Assembly (NCBI GenBank): GCA_965248355.1
Contig: OZ252098.1
Span: 1,472,001 to 1,536,000 of the forward strand
DNA: 64,000 nucleotides
Direction: 5' to 3'
From: Candidatus Latescibacterota bacterium
Lineage (GTDB): Bacteria > Latescibacterota > UBA2968 > UBA8231
Positions 1 to 9,838 of the stretch are shown one piece after another. The notes below the pieces were generated by a model that was not told the origin of the DNA, ran no database searches, and saw only the letters and a list, made by a program, of their open reading frames with translations. The translations under genes were made by a program, and so were the position numbers. The stretch's first letter is position 1, and the number at the start of each line of letters is the position of its first letter.

Positions 1-997
1 CGTGGAAGACCTCGATCCGCGGGTCCCCCGATGACAGGGCCCCGGCGGCCCCGCCCCCGTCGAGACCCAGGGCCTCCGGATCCCAGCTCACCGTCAGTCC
101 GGGAGCGACGTTGGACCGCCCCGTCTCCTCGTTGACCGCGGTCTCCACCGTCTCCACGTCCCGCGCGGCGCCGCCGATGACCTCCAGGCGCCGCAGCCAG
201 TCCCGCCACTCGGCCTCGTGGTCGCGCCGCACCCACATCTCCACCGCGGCGAGCAGGCCCATGACCTCCTCCTTGCCGGCCTTCATGGGCCGTCCCAGGG
301 AGTGGTTGGGGGCGCCGTTGCGGAAGGCCGCCTGGAGCAGCTCCTTGCGGCCGAGGATCAGGCCCGAGGCCTGGGGGCCCCGCAGGCACTTGCCGCCGCT
401 GTAGGCGACGGCGCTGGCGCCCTCGGCCAGGTAGCGGTTGGGCACGTCCGGACGCTCGGCGGCGGCGTCGACGAGACTGGGGATCCCGTGGCGGCGGCCG
501 ACGGCCGCCATCTCCGCCACGGGGATCCGTCCGCGGTCGGCGGCGTCGCCGAAGAGCAGCAGCATGGCCGTGCGCTCGCTCACCGCCGCCTCCAGCTCGT
601 CCAGGCTCTCCACCTCGATCAGGCGGGCGCCGGTCATGCGCACGGCGAGGTCGTAGCCGTGGCGGTGGCTCTTCTGCACGATGACCTCGTCCTTCATGCC
701 CGTCGTGTCGGGCAGGCGCTCGATCCTCTCCGGGTCGGTGCCGGCCACGCACGCCGCCGCCACCTGGCAGAGGGCGGCGGCGCAGCCGTTGACGATCAGC
801 CCCCACTCGCACTCCATCAGCTCGGCCAGGCGCGTCCCCACGGCCTCGGAGAGCTCCCCGAGGTGCACGTATCGCCTCGACGCCTCCTGCATGGCGGCCC
901 TCGCCTCGGGCAGCAGCAGGGAGCCGCTGATGATGGTGTAGGTGCCCCGGCAGTTGATGAGGGGCCGCACGCCGATCGATTCGTACGTCGGAATCAC
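1..997 (-). CDS. SelA-like PLP-dependent enzyme (DgaE/D-glucosaminate-6-phosphate ammonia-lyase-like family), 3' end runs off the window
   Basis: Not in the ORF track because it is truncated. Manual translation from GTG at 997 (GTGA overlap with the upstream stop) gives MIPTYESIGVRPLINCRGTYTIISGS...NGCAAAL...QKSHRHGYD...YSGGKCLRGPQASG, the SelA-like PLP-lysine motif. Confidence 0.8.
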   Translation of the reverse strand, partial: MIPTYESIGVRPLINCRGTYTIISGSLLLPEARAAMQEASRRYVHLGELSEAVGTRLAELMECEWGLIVNGCAAALCQVAAACVAGTDPERIERLPDTTGMKDEVIVQKSHRHGYDLAVRMTGARLIEVESLDELEAAVSERTAMLLLFGDAADRGRIPVAEMAAVGRRHGIPSLVDAAAERPDVPNRYLAEGASAVAYSGGKCLRGPQASGLILGRKELLQAAFRNGAPNHSLGRPMKAGKEEVMGLLAAVEMWVRRDHEAEWRDWLRRLEVIGGAARDVETVETAVNEETGRSNVAPGLTVSWDPEALGLDGGGAAGALSSGDPRIEVFH

Positions 998-2214
998 AGG
1001 ACGTCCTCCGCGTGTTCAGCCAGGTGGGCCTCCATGGAGGCCATCCCGGCGCTCGGGTCCAGGTTCACCCCCTGGCGGCCAAAGGCCACGCCGAGGGCGT
1101 GCAGGGTGCGGAACAGGTTCGGCGCCCGGCACTGCTCCCCCATCTGGCCGATGCGGACGGCCGGGATGCCGAAGGAGTCGGCGATGAGCACCTTGAAGCG
1201 GTCGGTCATGTACTTGCGGGCCACGCCGTCGTCGACGCCGTCGGGGACGCGGATCGCCAGGACCGAGTTCAGGCGGTACTCGACGGGCGCGTAGAACTCC
1301 AGACCCATGGCCTCGACGCCGGCCTGCAGGGCCAGGGAGCTGTGCAGGTGCCGCTTGAAGCGCTGCTCCAGGGTCTCCTCGATGATCAGGCGCAGGGCCT
1401 CGTGGAGGGCCAGCAGGGCGGGCACCGGCGCCGTGTAGTGGTAGGCGTACTCGCCCCAGAACCGCTCCGCCCGGGTTGCGTCGAGGCACCAGTGGGGCAT
1501 GGGACCCCGGCGGCTTTGGATCACCTCCCAGGCCCGGGGCGAGAAGGAGATGAGGGAGACGCCGGGCAGCGAGGACAGCCCCTTCTGACTGCCGGTGACG
1601 ACTACGTCGATGTCCCACTCGTCCTTCTTGAGTGGCATGGTGCTCAGGGTGCACACGGCGTCGACGATGGTCAGGGCGCCGTGGTCGCGGGCCAGGGACA
1701 CGATCTGCCGCAGATCTCCGGTGAGCACCCCGGAGGAGGTCTCGCCCTGCACCAGGGTCACCGCGTCGAACCGTCCCTCCCGCAGGGCCGCCTCGACCAT
1801 CCCGGCGCCCACGGGCCGGCCGTCGGGCCCCTCCAGGATCGTCACCTCGGCGCCGACGCCGGCGGCCATCTCGGCGAAGCGGCCGCTGAACAGCCCGTTG
1901 CGGCAGACCAGCACCCTCCGGCCGGGCCAGAGCAGGTTGCCCACGGCCATCTCCATGGCCGCCGAGGCCGGTCCGGAGACGCCGTAGATGCGCTCGTCGC
2001 GGGTCTGGAAGACGTAGCGCGACATCTCGCGGATGTGGCGCACCACCATGGCCATGGTGTCGCCCACGTGGTTGATGACCATGCCGCCGGCGCGCGCCAC
2101 CTCCGCCGGCACCGGCACCGGGCCGGCCGTCATGAGCAGCAACGGCTCGGCGGGCAGGACCTGCGTCAGGGGGGGCGGCTGCGGGCGCCGGATGTCCTTG
2201 TCCACGGGGCTCAC
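994..2214 (-). CDS. Alanine-glyoxylate/serine-pyruvate aminotransferase family (PLP class V)
   Basis: LLMTAGPVPV, ETSSG, VDAVCT, TGSQKGLS (PLP Lys), YHYTAP and RIGQMG motifs. Confidence 0.9.
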   Translation of the reverse strand: MSPVDKDIRRPQPPPLTQVLPAEPLLLMTAGPVPVPAEVARAGGMVINHVGDTMAMVVRHIREMSRYVFQTRDERIYGVSGPASAAMEMAVGNLLWPGRRVLVCRNGLFSGRFAEMAAGVGAEVTILEGPDGRPVGAGMVEAALREGRFDAVTLVQGETSSGVLTGDLRQIVSLARDHGALTIVDAVCTLSTMPLKKDEWDIDVVVTGSQKGLSSLPGVSLISFSPRAWEVIQSRRGPMPHWCLDATRAERFWGEYAYHYTAPVPALLALHEALRLIIEETLEQRFKRHLHSSLALQAGVEAMGLEFYAPVEYRLNSVLAIRVPDGVDDGVARKYMTDRFKVLIADSFGIPAVRIGQMGEQCRAPNLFRTLHALGVAFGRQGVNLDPSAGMASMEAHLAEHAEDVL

Positions 2215-2226
2215 TTCGATCCCTCG

Positions 2227-3630
2227 TCAGCTGTTGATGGACCGCCCGAAGGCGGCGGCCGCCGCCTCCATCACCCCCTCCGAGAGCGTCGGATGGGCGT
2301 GGACGGTACCGGCCAGTTCCTCCCAGGTGGCCTCCAGGGTCAGGGCCAGGCCCAGCTCGGCGATCAGCTCGGTGGCCTCGGGTCCGACGATGGCGGCGCC
2401 CAGCAGCTCGCCGTGGCGGGCGCCGAAGACCAGCTTGATCAGCCCCGCCGCGTCGCCCGAGGCGCGCGCCCGGCCGCTGGCGGCGAAGGGGAAACGCCCC
2501 ACCTTCACCTCCAGGCCCCGGGATTCGGCCTGCGCCTGGGAGAGGCCGACGCTGGCCACCTCCGGCTCGCTGTAGATGCAGCGCGGGATCGAGGCCGGGT
2601 CCGGCCTCCCCCGCCCCTGTCCGGCCATCGCCTCGGCGGCCGCCGTTCCCTCGGCCGCGGCGGCGTGGGCCAGCTGGGGCGGCCCGATCAGATCGCCGAT
2701 GGCGTAGACCCCCGGGACCGGGGTCTGGAAGCCGTCGTCCACCGGGATCCGGCCGCGGTTGGAGCGCAGGCCGAGAGCGGCCAGCCCGAGGCCCCCGGCG
2801 TGGCCGGCGACGCCCACCGCCATGAGCACGCGCTCGCCCTTCACCTCGCCGGCTCCCTGCGGACCCTCGAAGGTCACGGTCGCGCGCCGGGCCCGGGGCG
2901 GGGTCCGCACGCCGGTGACGCGCACCCCGGCGCGCACCTCCACGCCGTCGGCCTCCAGGGCGGCGGTGAGCACGGCGGCCGCCTCGGCGTCCTCCTCGGG
3001 CAGGATCTGGGCCTCGGCTTCGAGCAGCACGACACTCGTGCCGAAGGCGCTGTAGAACGACGCGAACTCCACCCCGATGGCGCCGGCGCCGATGATCACC
3101 AGGGAGCCGGGGCGCTTCGGCAGGACCATGGCCTCGCGGCTGGAGATGACGCGCTCGCCGTCGATCTCGACGCCGGGCAGGCTCGCCGGCCGTCCGCCGG
3201 TGGCCAGCAGCACCCGCTCCGCCCGCAGCCGGCGAGGCTCGCCGTCCTCGGGGACCACCTCCACCTCCCGGGAGGGGGTCAGGCGCCCGAGGCCGCGCAC
3301 CACCTCGACGCGGTTCTTCTTCATCAGGGAGGCGACGCCGCCGGACAGCTCCTCGACGATGCGGCGGCTGCGGGCGATCACCCGCTCCCAGTCGTGGCCG
3401 ATCTCGCCGGTGGTGAGCCCGAACTCGCCGGCCCGCCGCAACAGCCGCAGCACCTGGGCCTGCCGCAGCAGGGCCTTGGTGGGGATGCAGCCCCAGTTGA
3501 GGCAGGTCCCTCCGAGGCGCTCTTCGGCCTCGACCAGACCGACGCGCAGGCCGAGCTGGGAGGCGCGGACGGCGGCGCCGCAGCCGCCGGGTCCGCCGCC
3601 GATGACGAGGAGATCGAAAGAGTCGCTCAT
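2227..3630 (-). CDS. lpdA: Dihydrolipoyl dehydrogenase
   Basis: GGGPGG FAD motif, GGTCLNWGCIPTK redox disulfide, GAGAIG, HAHPTLSE. Confidence 0.93.
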   Translation of the reverse strand: MSDSFDLLVIGGGPGGCGAAVRASQLGLRVGLVEAEERLGGTCLNWGCIPTKALLRQAQVLRLLRRAGEFGLTTGEIGHDWERVIARSRRIVEELSGGVASLMKKNRVEVVRGLGRLTPSREVEVVPEDGEPRRLRAERVLLATGGRPASLPGVEIDGERVISSREAMVLPKRPGSLVIIGAGAIGVEFASFYSAFGTSVVLLEAEAQILPEEDAEAAAVLTAALEADGVEVRAGVRVTGVRTPPRARRATVTFEGPQGAGEVKGERVLMAVGVAGHAGGLGLAALGLRSNRGRIPVDDGFQTPVPGVYAIGDLIGPPQLAHAAAAEGTAAAEAMAGQGRGRPDPASIPRCIYSEPEVASVGLSQAQAESRGLEVKVGRFPFAASGRARASGDAAGLIKLVFGARHGELLGAAIVGPEATELIAELGLALTLEATWEELAGTVHAHPTLSEGVMEAAAAAFGRSINS

Positions 3631-3701
3631 GACGTTGACGGGAAAAGAGGAAGCGACATAATCTAACCCACCCTCCCCGGAAACTCCACGATGGACACGA
3701 C

Positions 3702-4175
3702 GTGAACCGTTCCGCCGGCGAACGCCCCCTGGTCATCTACAGCGACGGCGCCTGCTCCGGAAACCCCGGACCGGGAGGCTGGGCGGCGCTGCTGCGCTAC
3801 TCCGACGGCCGCACCCGGGAGCTGGGCGGCGCCGTGCCCGACACGACCAACAACCGCATGGAGCTCCAGGCCGCCATCGAGGGCCTGAAGGCGGCCGCCG
3901 GCGCCGGCGCCGTGGTCATGGTCACCGACAGCGAATACCTGCGCAAAGGCATCACCGAGTGGATCCACGGGTGGAAGCGGCGGGCCTGGCGGACGGCGGC
4001 GAAGAAGCCGGTCCTCAACCAGGACCTGTGGCATGCGCTGGACGGCCTCAACTCCGGGGCCGTGGAGTGGCGCTACACCCGAGCCCACGCGGGGGATCCG
4101 GGCAACGAGCGCTGCGACGAGATCGCCCACGCCTTCTCCCAGGGCCGGGAGCCGCAACTGACCCGCACCGCCTGA
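3702..4175 (+). CDS. rnhA: Ribonuclease HI
   Basis: [38 protein letters not shown] catalytic motifs. Confidence 0.95.
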   Translation: MNRSAGERPLVIYSDGACSGNPGPGGWAALLRYSDGRTRELGGAVPDTTNNRMELQAAIEGLKAAAGAGAVVMVTDSEYLRKGITEWIHGWKRRAWRTAAKKPVLNQDLWHALDGLNSGAVEWRYTRAHAGDPGNERCDEIAHAFSQGREPQLTRTA

Positions 4176-4194
4176 GGGCCGCGGCGGCCACGGC

Positions 4195-4971
4195 TCACAG
4201 CCAGCCGCGCAGCCGGTAGACCGCCAGACCCGCGTACTCCTTCACCGCCCGGCTGCTGGCGTCCAGGGCCTCCACGTCGGGCAGCAGCCGCCACGGCGAG
4301 AAGGGCTTGGCCGCCACGCGGAAGTCCGTCGGCGCCGGCACGAAGTCGACCCCCGCCTTGCGAAAGACCCCCGCCGCCCGGGGCATGTGCCGGGCCGAGG
4401 TCACCAGCAGGACCCGCTTCAGTCCGCGCTCGCCCAGCAGCCGCGCCGTGTGCACCGCGTTCTCGCGGGTGTTCCGGGACCGGCTCTCCAGCAGCAGTTG
4501 TCCGGGCTCGACGCCGTACTCGGCCGCGAGCCGGGCCATGCGCGCCGCCTCGGGCAGGCTGGAGCCGGTCAGCCAGGGGATGGCGCCGCCGCTGAGGATC
4601 AGTCCCGGCGCCTTGCCGGCGCGCAGCAGCCGCAGGCCGTGGAGCAGCCGGTCGAAGGAGCCGTTCACCTCGACCTCGATGCGGGGCGGCAGCGGCGCCT
4701 GGGTCGCGCCTCCGAGGACGACGATGGCGTCGACGCGGGGATAGTCCTCCACCGGCGCCGGCGGATAGCGCGACTCCAGGGATCCGAGGAGCAGATCGGC
4801 GGCCATGGGATTGCTCGCCGCGAGGATCACGGCGACGCCGCCGAGCAGGGCCCGCCGGGAGCCGGCGGTCCGGCCCCGCCAGCGCAGCACGGCGGCGGCG
4901 GCCCACAAGACGGTCGCCACGCCCAGGGGATAGAGCAGGGGCGCGAGCAGCTTCGACAGGAGGAGAAACAC
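4195..4971 (-). CDS. YdcF/ElyC (DUF218) family membrane protein
   Basis: N-terminal TM helices, IVVLGG, ILSGG, ESRSRNTRENA, LVTSARHMPRA. Confidence 0.88.
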   Translation of the reverse strand: MFLLLSKLLAPLLYPLGVATVLWAAAAVLRWRGRTAGSRRALLGGVAVILAASNPMAADLLLGSLESRYPPAPVEDYPRVDAIVVLGGATQAPLPPRIEVEVNGSFDRLLHGLRLLRAGKAPGLILSGGAIPWLTGSSLPEAARMARLAAEYGVEPGQLLLESRSRNTRENAVHTARLLGERGLKRVLLVTSARHMPRAAGVFRKAGVDFVPAPTDFRVAAKPFSPWRLLPDVEALDASSRAVKEYAGLAVYRLRGWL

Positions 4972-4973
4972 AC

Positions 4974-5192
4974 TCAGTCCGGGAGCGGCAGGCGCATGCG
5001 CCGCGCCATGTCGCAGGTGACCGCGGCCAGCTGCTCGACGCGCTTGCGCACCTCGCCGCTGGGGATCGACTCCCCGTCGAAGTCCTCGGCCAGGGCATGG
5101 ACCTGGCGGGGCACGATCCAGGCGCGCAGGCGGGAGCAGAGGATCACGCCGTGGGCCTCGACGACGGCGATGCGGGGGGCGGTCTCGGTCAT
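4974..5192 (-). CDS. Small hypothetical protein (72 aa)
   Basis: Genome-typical GC3 codons; stop is 2 bp from the YdcF start, so probably co-transcribed. Confidence 0.6.
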   Translation of the reverse strand: MTETAPRIAVVEAHGVILCSRLRAWIVPRQVHALAEDFDGESIPSGEVRKRVEQLAAVTCDMARRMRLPLPD

Positions 5193-5248
5193 GGCGGGAG
5201 CCCGGCGGCGGTGTAATATATGCCGACCCTTACGGAGGAGAGATCCCC

Positions 5249-6010
5249 ATGCGCACGCTCCGCCTCACGGCCCTGCTGCTGCTCGCCGGCGCCGGCCACG
5301 TTTTCTCCGAGCGCGTCCAGGACCCGCCCGCGCAGGTGCCCGGGACCGTGATCCCCATGGCCTCCGGCGCCATCGTCGTCGACGGCGATCCGGGCGACGC
5401 CGCCTGGCGGCAGGCCCCGCCCCTGGAGTTCGTCTTTCCCTGGGACGACGTCTCCGGCGGCGGCGCCCAGAGCACGGTGGCGCGCATGCTCTACGACGAC
5501 GAGGCCCTCTACCTCCTCTACGAGTGCGTCGACCCCTACCTGGACGCCGAGGTGACCGAGCACGACGGGCCCGTCTACCAGGAGGACGCCGTGGAGATCT
5601 TCGTCACCCCGAATCCCGCCGACGTGAGCGCCTACTTCGGGTACGAGATGAACATCCGGGGGGTCTTCCTCGACTACCTGGCCTTCGGCGGGGGCGAGCA
5701 CGGCACCAAGAGCGTTCACTTCGAGTGGCAGAGCGAGGACGTGCGCATCGCCACCTCGCACGACGGCACCCTCAACGACCACGCCGACACCGACACCGGG
5801 TGGGTGCTGGAGATGGCCATCCCCTTCGACAACTTCCGCCATCTCGGAGGCCGGGTCCCGCCGCAGCCCGGCGACGAGTGGCGCCTGAACCTCAACCGCA
5901 CCAAGGGCCACGAGGGCCAGTTCAGCATGTGGTCGGACTCGCACGCCGACGAGGCCTCGTTCCACCACTCGGCGTACTTCGGGCGGGCCTGGTTCTCGCG
6001 CCGGCCCTGA
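5249..6010 (+). CDS. Secreted carbohydrate-binding family 9-like (DOMON-like) protein
   Basis: Signal peptide; IVVDG..D..W, YDDEALY, YQEDAVEIF, W..EMAIPF, WRLNLNR; GGAGG RBS. Confidence 0.8.
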   Translation: MRTLRLTALLLLAGAGHVFSERVQDPPAQVPGTVIPMASGAIVVDGDPGDAAWRQAPPLEFVFPWDDVSGGGAQSTVARMLYDDEALYLLYECVDPYLDAEVTEHDGPVYQEDAVEIFVTPNPADVSAYFGYEMNIRGVFLDYLAFGGGEHGTKSVHFEWQSEDVRIATSHDGTLNDHADTDTGWVLEMAIPFDNFRHLGGRVPPQPGDEWRLNLNRTKGHEGQFSMWSDSHADEASFHHSAYFGRAWFSRRP

Positions 6011-6021
6011 GGGCCGGACAT

Positions 6022-6741
6022 TCAGTCCGTCCAGGTCTTGCCGCCGTCGGAGGAGCGCCGGGTGGCGCGCCGCCACAGGGCGAAGTCCTCGCCCTTGATC
6101 CGCCGGATGTGGGAGACGTCGGTGGCGGCGAGCTCGACGCCGACCTCGCCGGAGCCGTCGGGGCGGTTGGTCTCGACGCGGACGCTCTCGAACTCGACAT
6201 CCTCGCGGAGCAGCTCCCAGACGGCGTGCTGGGCCCGCATCTGCCGCCGCTCCAGGGCCTCCCGCTCGAGGTCGCGGACCCGGAAGCGGACTTGCACCTG
6301 CTCCAGGTCCGGATCGAGGCGCATGCCGTAGAACCGGCCGAAGCCGTCCTCGATCAACTCGCGGACCTCGTCGAGGTGCACGGTCAGGACCGGGCGCGGT
6401 TTGCGCCTCGCCTCGCCGGCGCCGTCCTCCTCCCCCGGGCCTGAACCGGTGTCCTCCCTTTTCGGGCGCTCGTCGTAGCCTTCGAGGGAGGGTCCCCAGA
6501 TCCAGGCCTCGATGCGGAACTTCACCCACTTGCCGTCGCGGGCGACCTCCTCGACGAGGGCGCCATCGAGGAGGGTGCCGATCTGCCGGCCCTCCGGGTG
6601 GGCGCGGATGTTCTCGGTGGGCTTCTCCACCTCGAAGGTGCGCGAGGCGAAGAGCTGGGCGGCGGCGGCCGCACCGAGCAGAACGGGCACGGAGACGAGC
6701 AAACGCCGCAGAGGGCGCCGGGAGCTGGGGTCTGGTTTCAT
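6022..6741 (-). CDS. Hypothetical exported protein with an N-terminal SH3b-like segment
   Basis: Signal/anchor helix followed by ENIRAHPEG..IGTLLDG..V......GKWVK.....WIW, an SH3b-like pattern. Confidence 0.6.
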   Translation of the reverse strand: MKPDPSSRRPLRRLLVSVPVLLGAAAAAQLFASRTFEVEKPTENIRAHPEGRQIGTLLDGALVEEVARDGKWVKFRIEAWIWGPSLEGYDERPKREDTGSGPGEEDGAGEARRKPRPVLTVHLDEVRELIEDGFGRFYGMRLDPDLEQVQVRFRVRDLEREALERRQMRAQHAVWELLREDVEFESVRVETNRPDGSGEVGVELAATDVSHIRRIKGEDFALWRRATRRSSDGGKTWTD

Positions 6742-6830
6742 GGCGGCGGAGAAGCCCTGGGTCCATGGGCCGGGGACCCGCGGTCGATCGGAGGGATGTT
6801 GCGGCGCTACGCGGGGTTGCGTCGGCAGCT

Positions 6831-6859
6831 AGCTTACCCGGGGTCCAACCCGGTGTCAA
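6831..6859 (-). promoter_or_regulatory. Sigma70-type promoter for the 6022..6741 gene
   Basis: Minus strand reads TTGACA-17 bp-TAAGCT. Confidence 0.6.
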
Positions 6860-6951
6860 GCGGAACGCCGGGTCCCCGGGAAGGTCGTTGAGCCGTCCCG
6901 CGGACTTCCTGATATTCCACCCGCCGCTGATTCCCTCGAGGCCCTTCGCCG

Positions 6952-8901
6952 ATGACCGATCCCGCCGCGCCCGGCTCCGGCGTCACCTTCCGATCCATGC
7001 TGACCGGCGTCGTTCTGTCGGTCTGCATCAACACCGGCGCGCCGTACGGGAACATGGTGCTGCGGGGCTCGTACATGGCCCTCGACTTCTCCACCGCCGC
7101 CGCCATCTTCCTGTTCTTCCTGCTCGTCTTCCTCGTGCACACCGGACTCGGGCTCATCGACCGGCGCCTCGCCTTCCGCCCGGAAGAGCTGGCGGTGGTC
7201 TACATCATGGCCATCGTCGCCTGCTCGATCCCGACCATGGGGCTCACCGAGTACCTGCTGCCCATCATCAGCGGCGCCCACTACTACGCCACCCCGGAGA
7301 ACGAGTGGGCCCTCCTCGTGCACCCCTTCATCCCGTCGTGGATGGTTCCCCAGGACTTCACCGCCGTCAAGTACTTCTACGAGGGATCGCCGCGCGGCCT
7401 CGGCATCCTCTGGGAGGCCTGGATCACCCCCCTGCTGGCCTGGGTGCCCCTGATCCTGGGCATCTACTTCTCCATGGTCTGCCTCATCGTCGTGCTGCGC
7501 AAGCAGTGGATCGTGCGCGAGCGCCTCGCCTTCCCCCTGGTGCAGGTGCCCCTGGCCATGACCGAGGACGACGGCAGCGGGCGCGCCCTGAAGCCGTTCT
7601 TCCGCAGCTGGCTCATGTGGACGGGGTTCCTGGTCCCCGTCGTGGTGGGCTCGGTCAAGGCGCTGCACAACTACTACAACTTCATCCCCACCATCGTCAC
7701 CCAGACCTCGATCCCCCTCTTCCGCAACACCGCCAGCCTGTCCATCGCTCTCAGCTTTCCCATGATCGGCTTCAGCTACCTCGTCAACACCGAGATCGCC
7801 TTCTCCATCTGGTTCTTCAGCCTCCTGGCCCGCGCCCAGGAGGGCGTCTTCGGGGTGCTGGGCGTCTCCTCGCCCGAGAGGCTGTGGTACGCCCCGCCCG
7901 AGCCGATCGTCGCCCACCAGGGCATGGGCGCCTTCGTCGTCATGGTCCTCTTCGGCCTGTGGACGGCGCGCGACCACCTGGGCGACGTCCTGCGCAAGGC
8001 CTTCCGAGGCGACCCGGACGTGGACGACAGCGACGAGATCCTCTCGTACCGCACGGCCGTGCTCGGGTTCGGCGGCGTCAACGTGCTGACCGGCTGGTGG
8101 CTGTGGATGGCGGGGATGGCCCTGTGGGTGGTGCCCCTCTACCTGGGGGTGATGTACCTGGTCTTCCTCGCCATCACCCGCATCGTCGCCGAGGGCGGCG
8201 TGGCGGCGGCGCGGGCGCCGCTGATCCCCGCCGACTTCGTGCACTCCAGCTTCGGCAACACCGTCCTCGGCCCGCAGACTCTCACCGCCCTGGGCTTCAC
8301 CTACGTCTGGGCCGCCGACGTGCGCACCTTCGTCATGGCCTCGGCCGCCAACGGCCTGCGCCTGGCCGAGGACCAGCTCGCGCGCCGCAAGCGGGCCCTG
8401 TTCTGGGCCATCGCCCTGGCCGTGGTGGCCAGCATCGCCTCGTCGATCTGGGCGGTGATGTACATGAGCTACGCCTACGGCGGCATCAACCTGAACAGCT
8501 GGTTCTTCGGCCCCGCCGGCGGGCCGGCCTATCCCTTCAACTTCATCACCCAGCAGCTGAACAACCCCGACGGCCCCGACGGCATCGGCTGGCTCTCCAC
8601 CGGCGTCGGCGGCGCCGTCATGGCCGGCCTGATGTTCGTCCGGCACCACTTCCTGTGGTGGCCCCTGCACCCCCTCGGCTTCGCCGTGAGCACCATCTCC
8701 ATGACCAACTACCTCACCCTCTCCGTCTTCCTCGCCTGGCTGATCAAGTCCGTCCTCCTCAAGTACGGAGGACCCGGCCTGTTCTACCGGGCGCGGCCGT
8801 TCTTCCTCGGTCTCATCCTCGGCCAGTTCTTCATCGCCGGCCTGTGGCTGGTCATCGACTGGCTGGCGGGGATGACGGACAACAACATTTACTGGGTCTA
8901 G
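6952..8901 (+). CDS. DUF6785/DUF6784-type polytopic membrane protein (putative transporter)
   Basis: 649 aa with many TM helices; EELAVVY, YYATPENEW, RKQW...ERLAFPL, RIVAEGG, WWPLHPLG, YGG...Y....PFFLGLILG. Confidence 0.75.
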   Translation: MTDPAAPGSGVTFRSMLTGVVLSVCINTGAPYGNMVLRGSYMALDFSTAAAIFLFFLLVFLVHTGLGLIDRRLAFRPEELAVVYIMAIVACSIPTMGLTEYLLPIISGAHYYATPENEWALLVHPFIPSWMVPQDFTAVKYFYEGSPRGLGILWEAWITPLLAWVPLILGIYFSMVCLIVVLRKQWIVRERLAFPLVQVPLAMTEDDGSGRALKPFFRSWLMWTGFLVPVVVGSVKALHNYYNFIPTIVTQTSIPLFRNTASLSIALSFPMIGFSYLVNTEIAFSIWFFSLLARAQEGVFGVLGVSSPERLWYAPPEPIVAHQGMGAFVVMVLFGLWTARDHLGDVLRKAFRGDPDVDDSDEILSYRTAVLGFGGVNVLTGWWLWMAGMALWVVPLYLGVMYLVFLAITRIVAEGGVAAARAPLIPADFVHSSFGNTVLGPQTLTALGFTYVWAADVRTFVMASAANGLRLAEDQLARRKRALFWAIALAVVASIASSIWAVMYMSYAYGGINLNSWFFGPAGGPAYPFNFITQQLNNPDGPDGIGWLSTGVGGAVMAGLMFVRHHFLWWPLHPLGFAVSTISMTNYLTLSVFLAWLIKSVLLKYGGPGLFYRARPFFLGLILGQFFIAGLWLVIDWLAGMTDNNIYWV

Positions 8902-8922
8902 CAGGAAAGTCGATAATTCGAT

Positions 8923-9837
8923 ATGACGGTGAAAATGGTGATCGACTGCGACCCGGGCCTCGACGACGCCATCGCCCTGATCCTGGCCCACCGCCACGCC
9001 GAGGTGATCGGCATCACCACCGTCAGCGGCAACGCGCCGCTTCACGCGACCACGGACAACGCCCTTCAGGTGACCGCCCTCCTGGAGGCCGAAACGCCCG
9101 TCCACGCCGGCGCCGTCCGTCCCCTCGCCGGCGAGCCGGTCCACGCCACCGAGGTGCACGGAGAGTCGGGCCTGGGCGGTGTCACCCCCATTGAGCACGA
9201 CCGGGTCCCCGCGAGCGGCGATGCCGTCTCCTTCCTCCTCGACGCCGCGGGCGAGGACATCCGGGTCGTCGCCCTCGGGCCGCTGACCAACCTCGCCCTC
9301 GCCATCGAGCGAGATCCGTCCTGGGCGCAACGCATCGCCGGCCTCTCCGTCATGGGCGGCGGCACCGGCCCGGGCAACGCCACGGCCGTGGCCGAGTTCA
9401 ACATCTACGCCGATCCCGAGGCCGCGGCGCGGGTCTTCGAGTCCGGCGCCGATCTCACCATGTGCGGCCTGAACCTCACCCGGCAGTTGCGCACCGACGA
9501 CACCGTCACCGCCCGACTGCGCGGCGCCGCCTCTCCCCGGGCGCGCTTTGCCGTGCAGGCCTTCGACTTCCTCCACGACCGGGTGGAGGCGCTCACCGGC
9601 CGGCGCGACGCCGCCCTGCACGACCCGTGCGCCGTCCTGGCGGTGACCCATCCGGAGCTGCTGGAGACGCGGCCGAGGCACGTCCAGGTCGAGCTGCAGG
9701 GCCGGCTGACGCGCGGCATGACCGTGGTGGACGAGCGCCTCCTGCGGCCGCCTCCCGCGGCGAACGCCGAGGTGGCGTACTCCATCGACGCGGATCGGGC
9801 CATGAGGGTGGTGCTGAAGGCGCTGGCGGCGGACTGA
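8923..9837 (+). CDS. Nucleoside hydrolase (IU-NH family)
   Basis: IDCDPGLDD, GPLTN, MGG..GN....AEFN..ADPEAA, LHDP. Confidence 0.93.
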   Translation: MTVKMVIDCDPGLDDAIALILAHRHAEVIGITTVSGNAPLHATTDNALQVTALLEAETPVHAGAVRPLAGEPVHATEVHGESGLGGVTPIEHDRVPASGDAVSFLLDAAGEDIRVVALGPLTNLALAIERDPSWAQRIAGLSVMGGGTGPGNATAVAEFNIYADPEAAARVFESGADLTMCGLNLTRQLRTDDTVTARLRGAASPRARFAVQAFDFLHDRVEALTGRRDAALHDPCAVLAVTHPELLETRPRHVQVELQGRLTRGMTVVDERLLRPPPAANAEVAYSIDADRAMRVVLKALAAD

Positions 9838-9838
9838 T

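Noticed and set aside
1..997. True selenocysteine synthase selA
   Set aside because: It lacks the N-terminal tRNA-binding extension and no selB/selC is nearby; the motifs fit the shorter SelA-like family.
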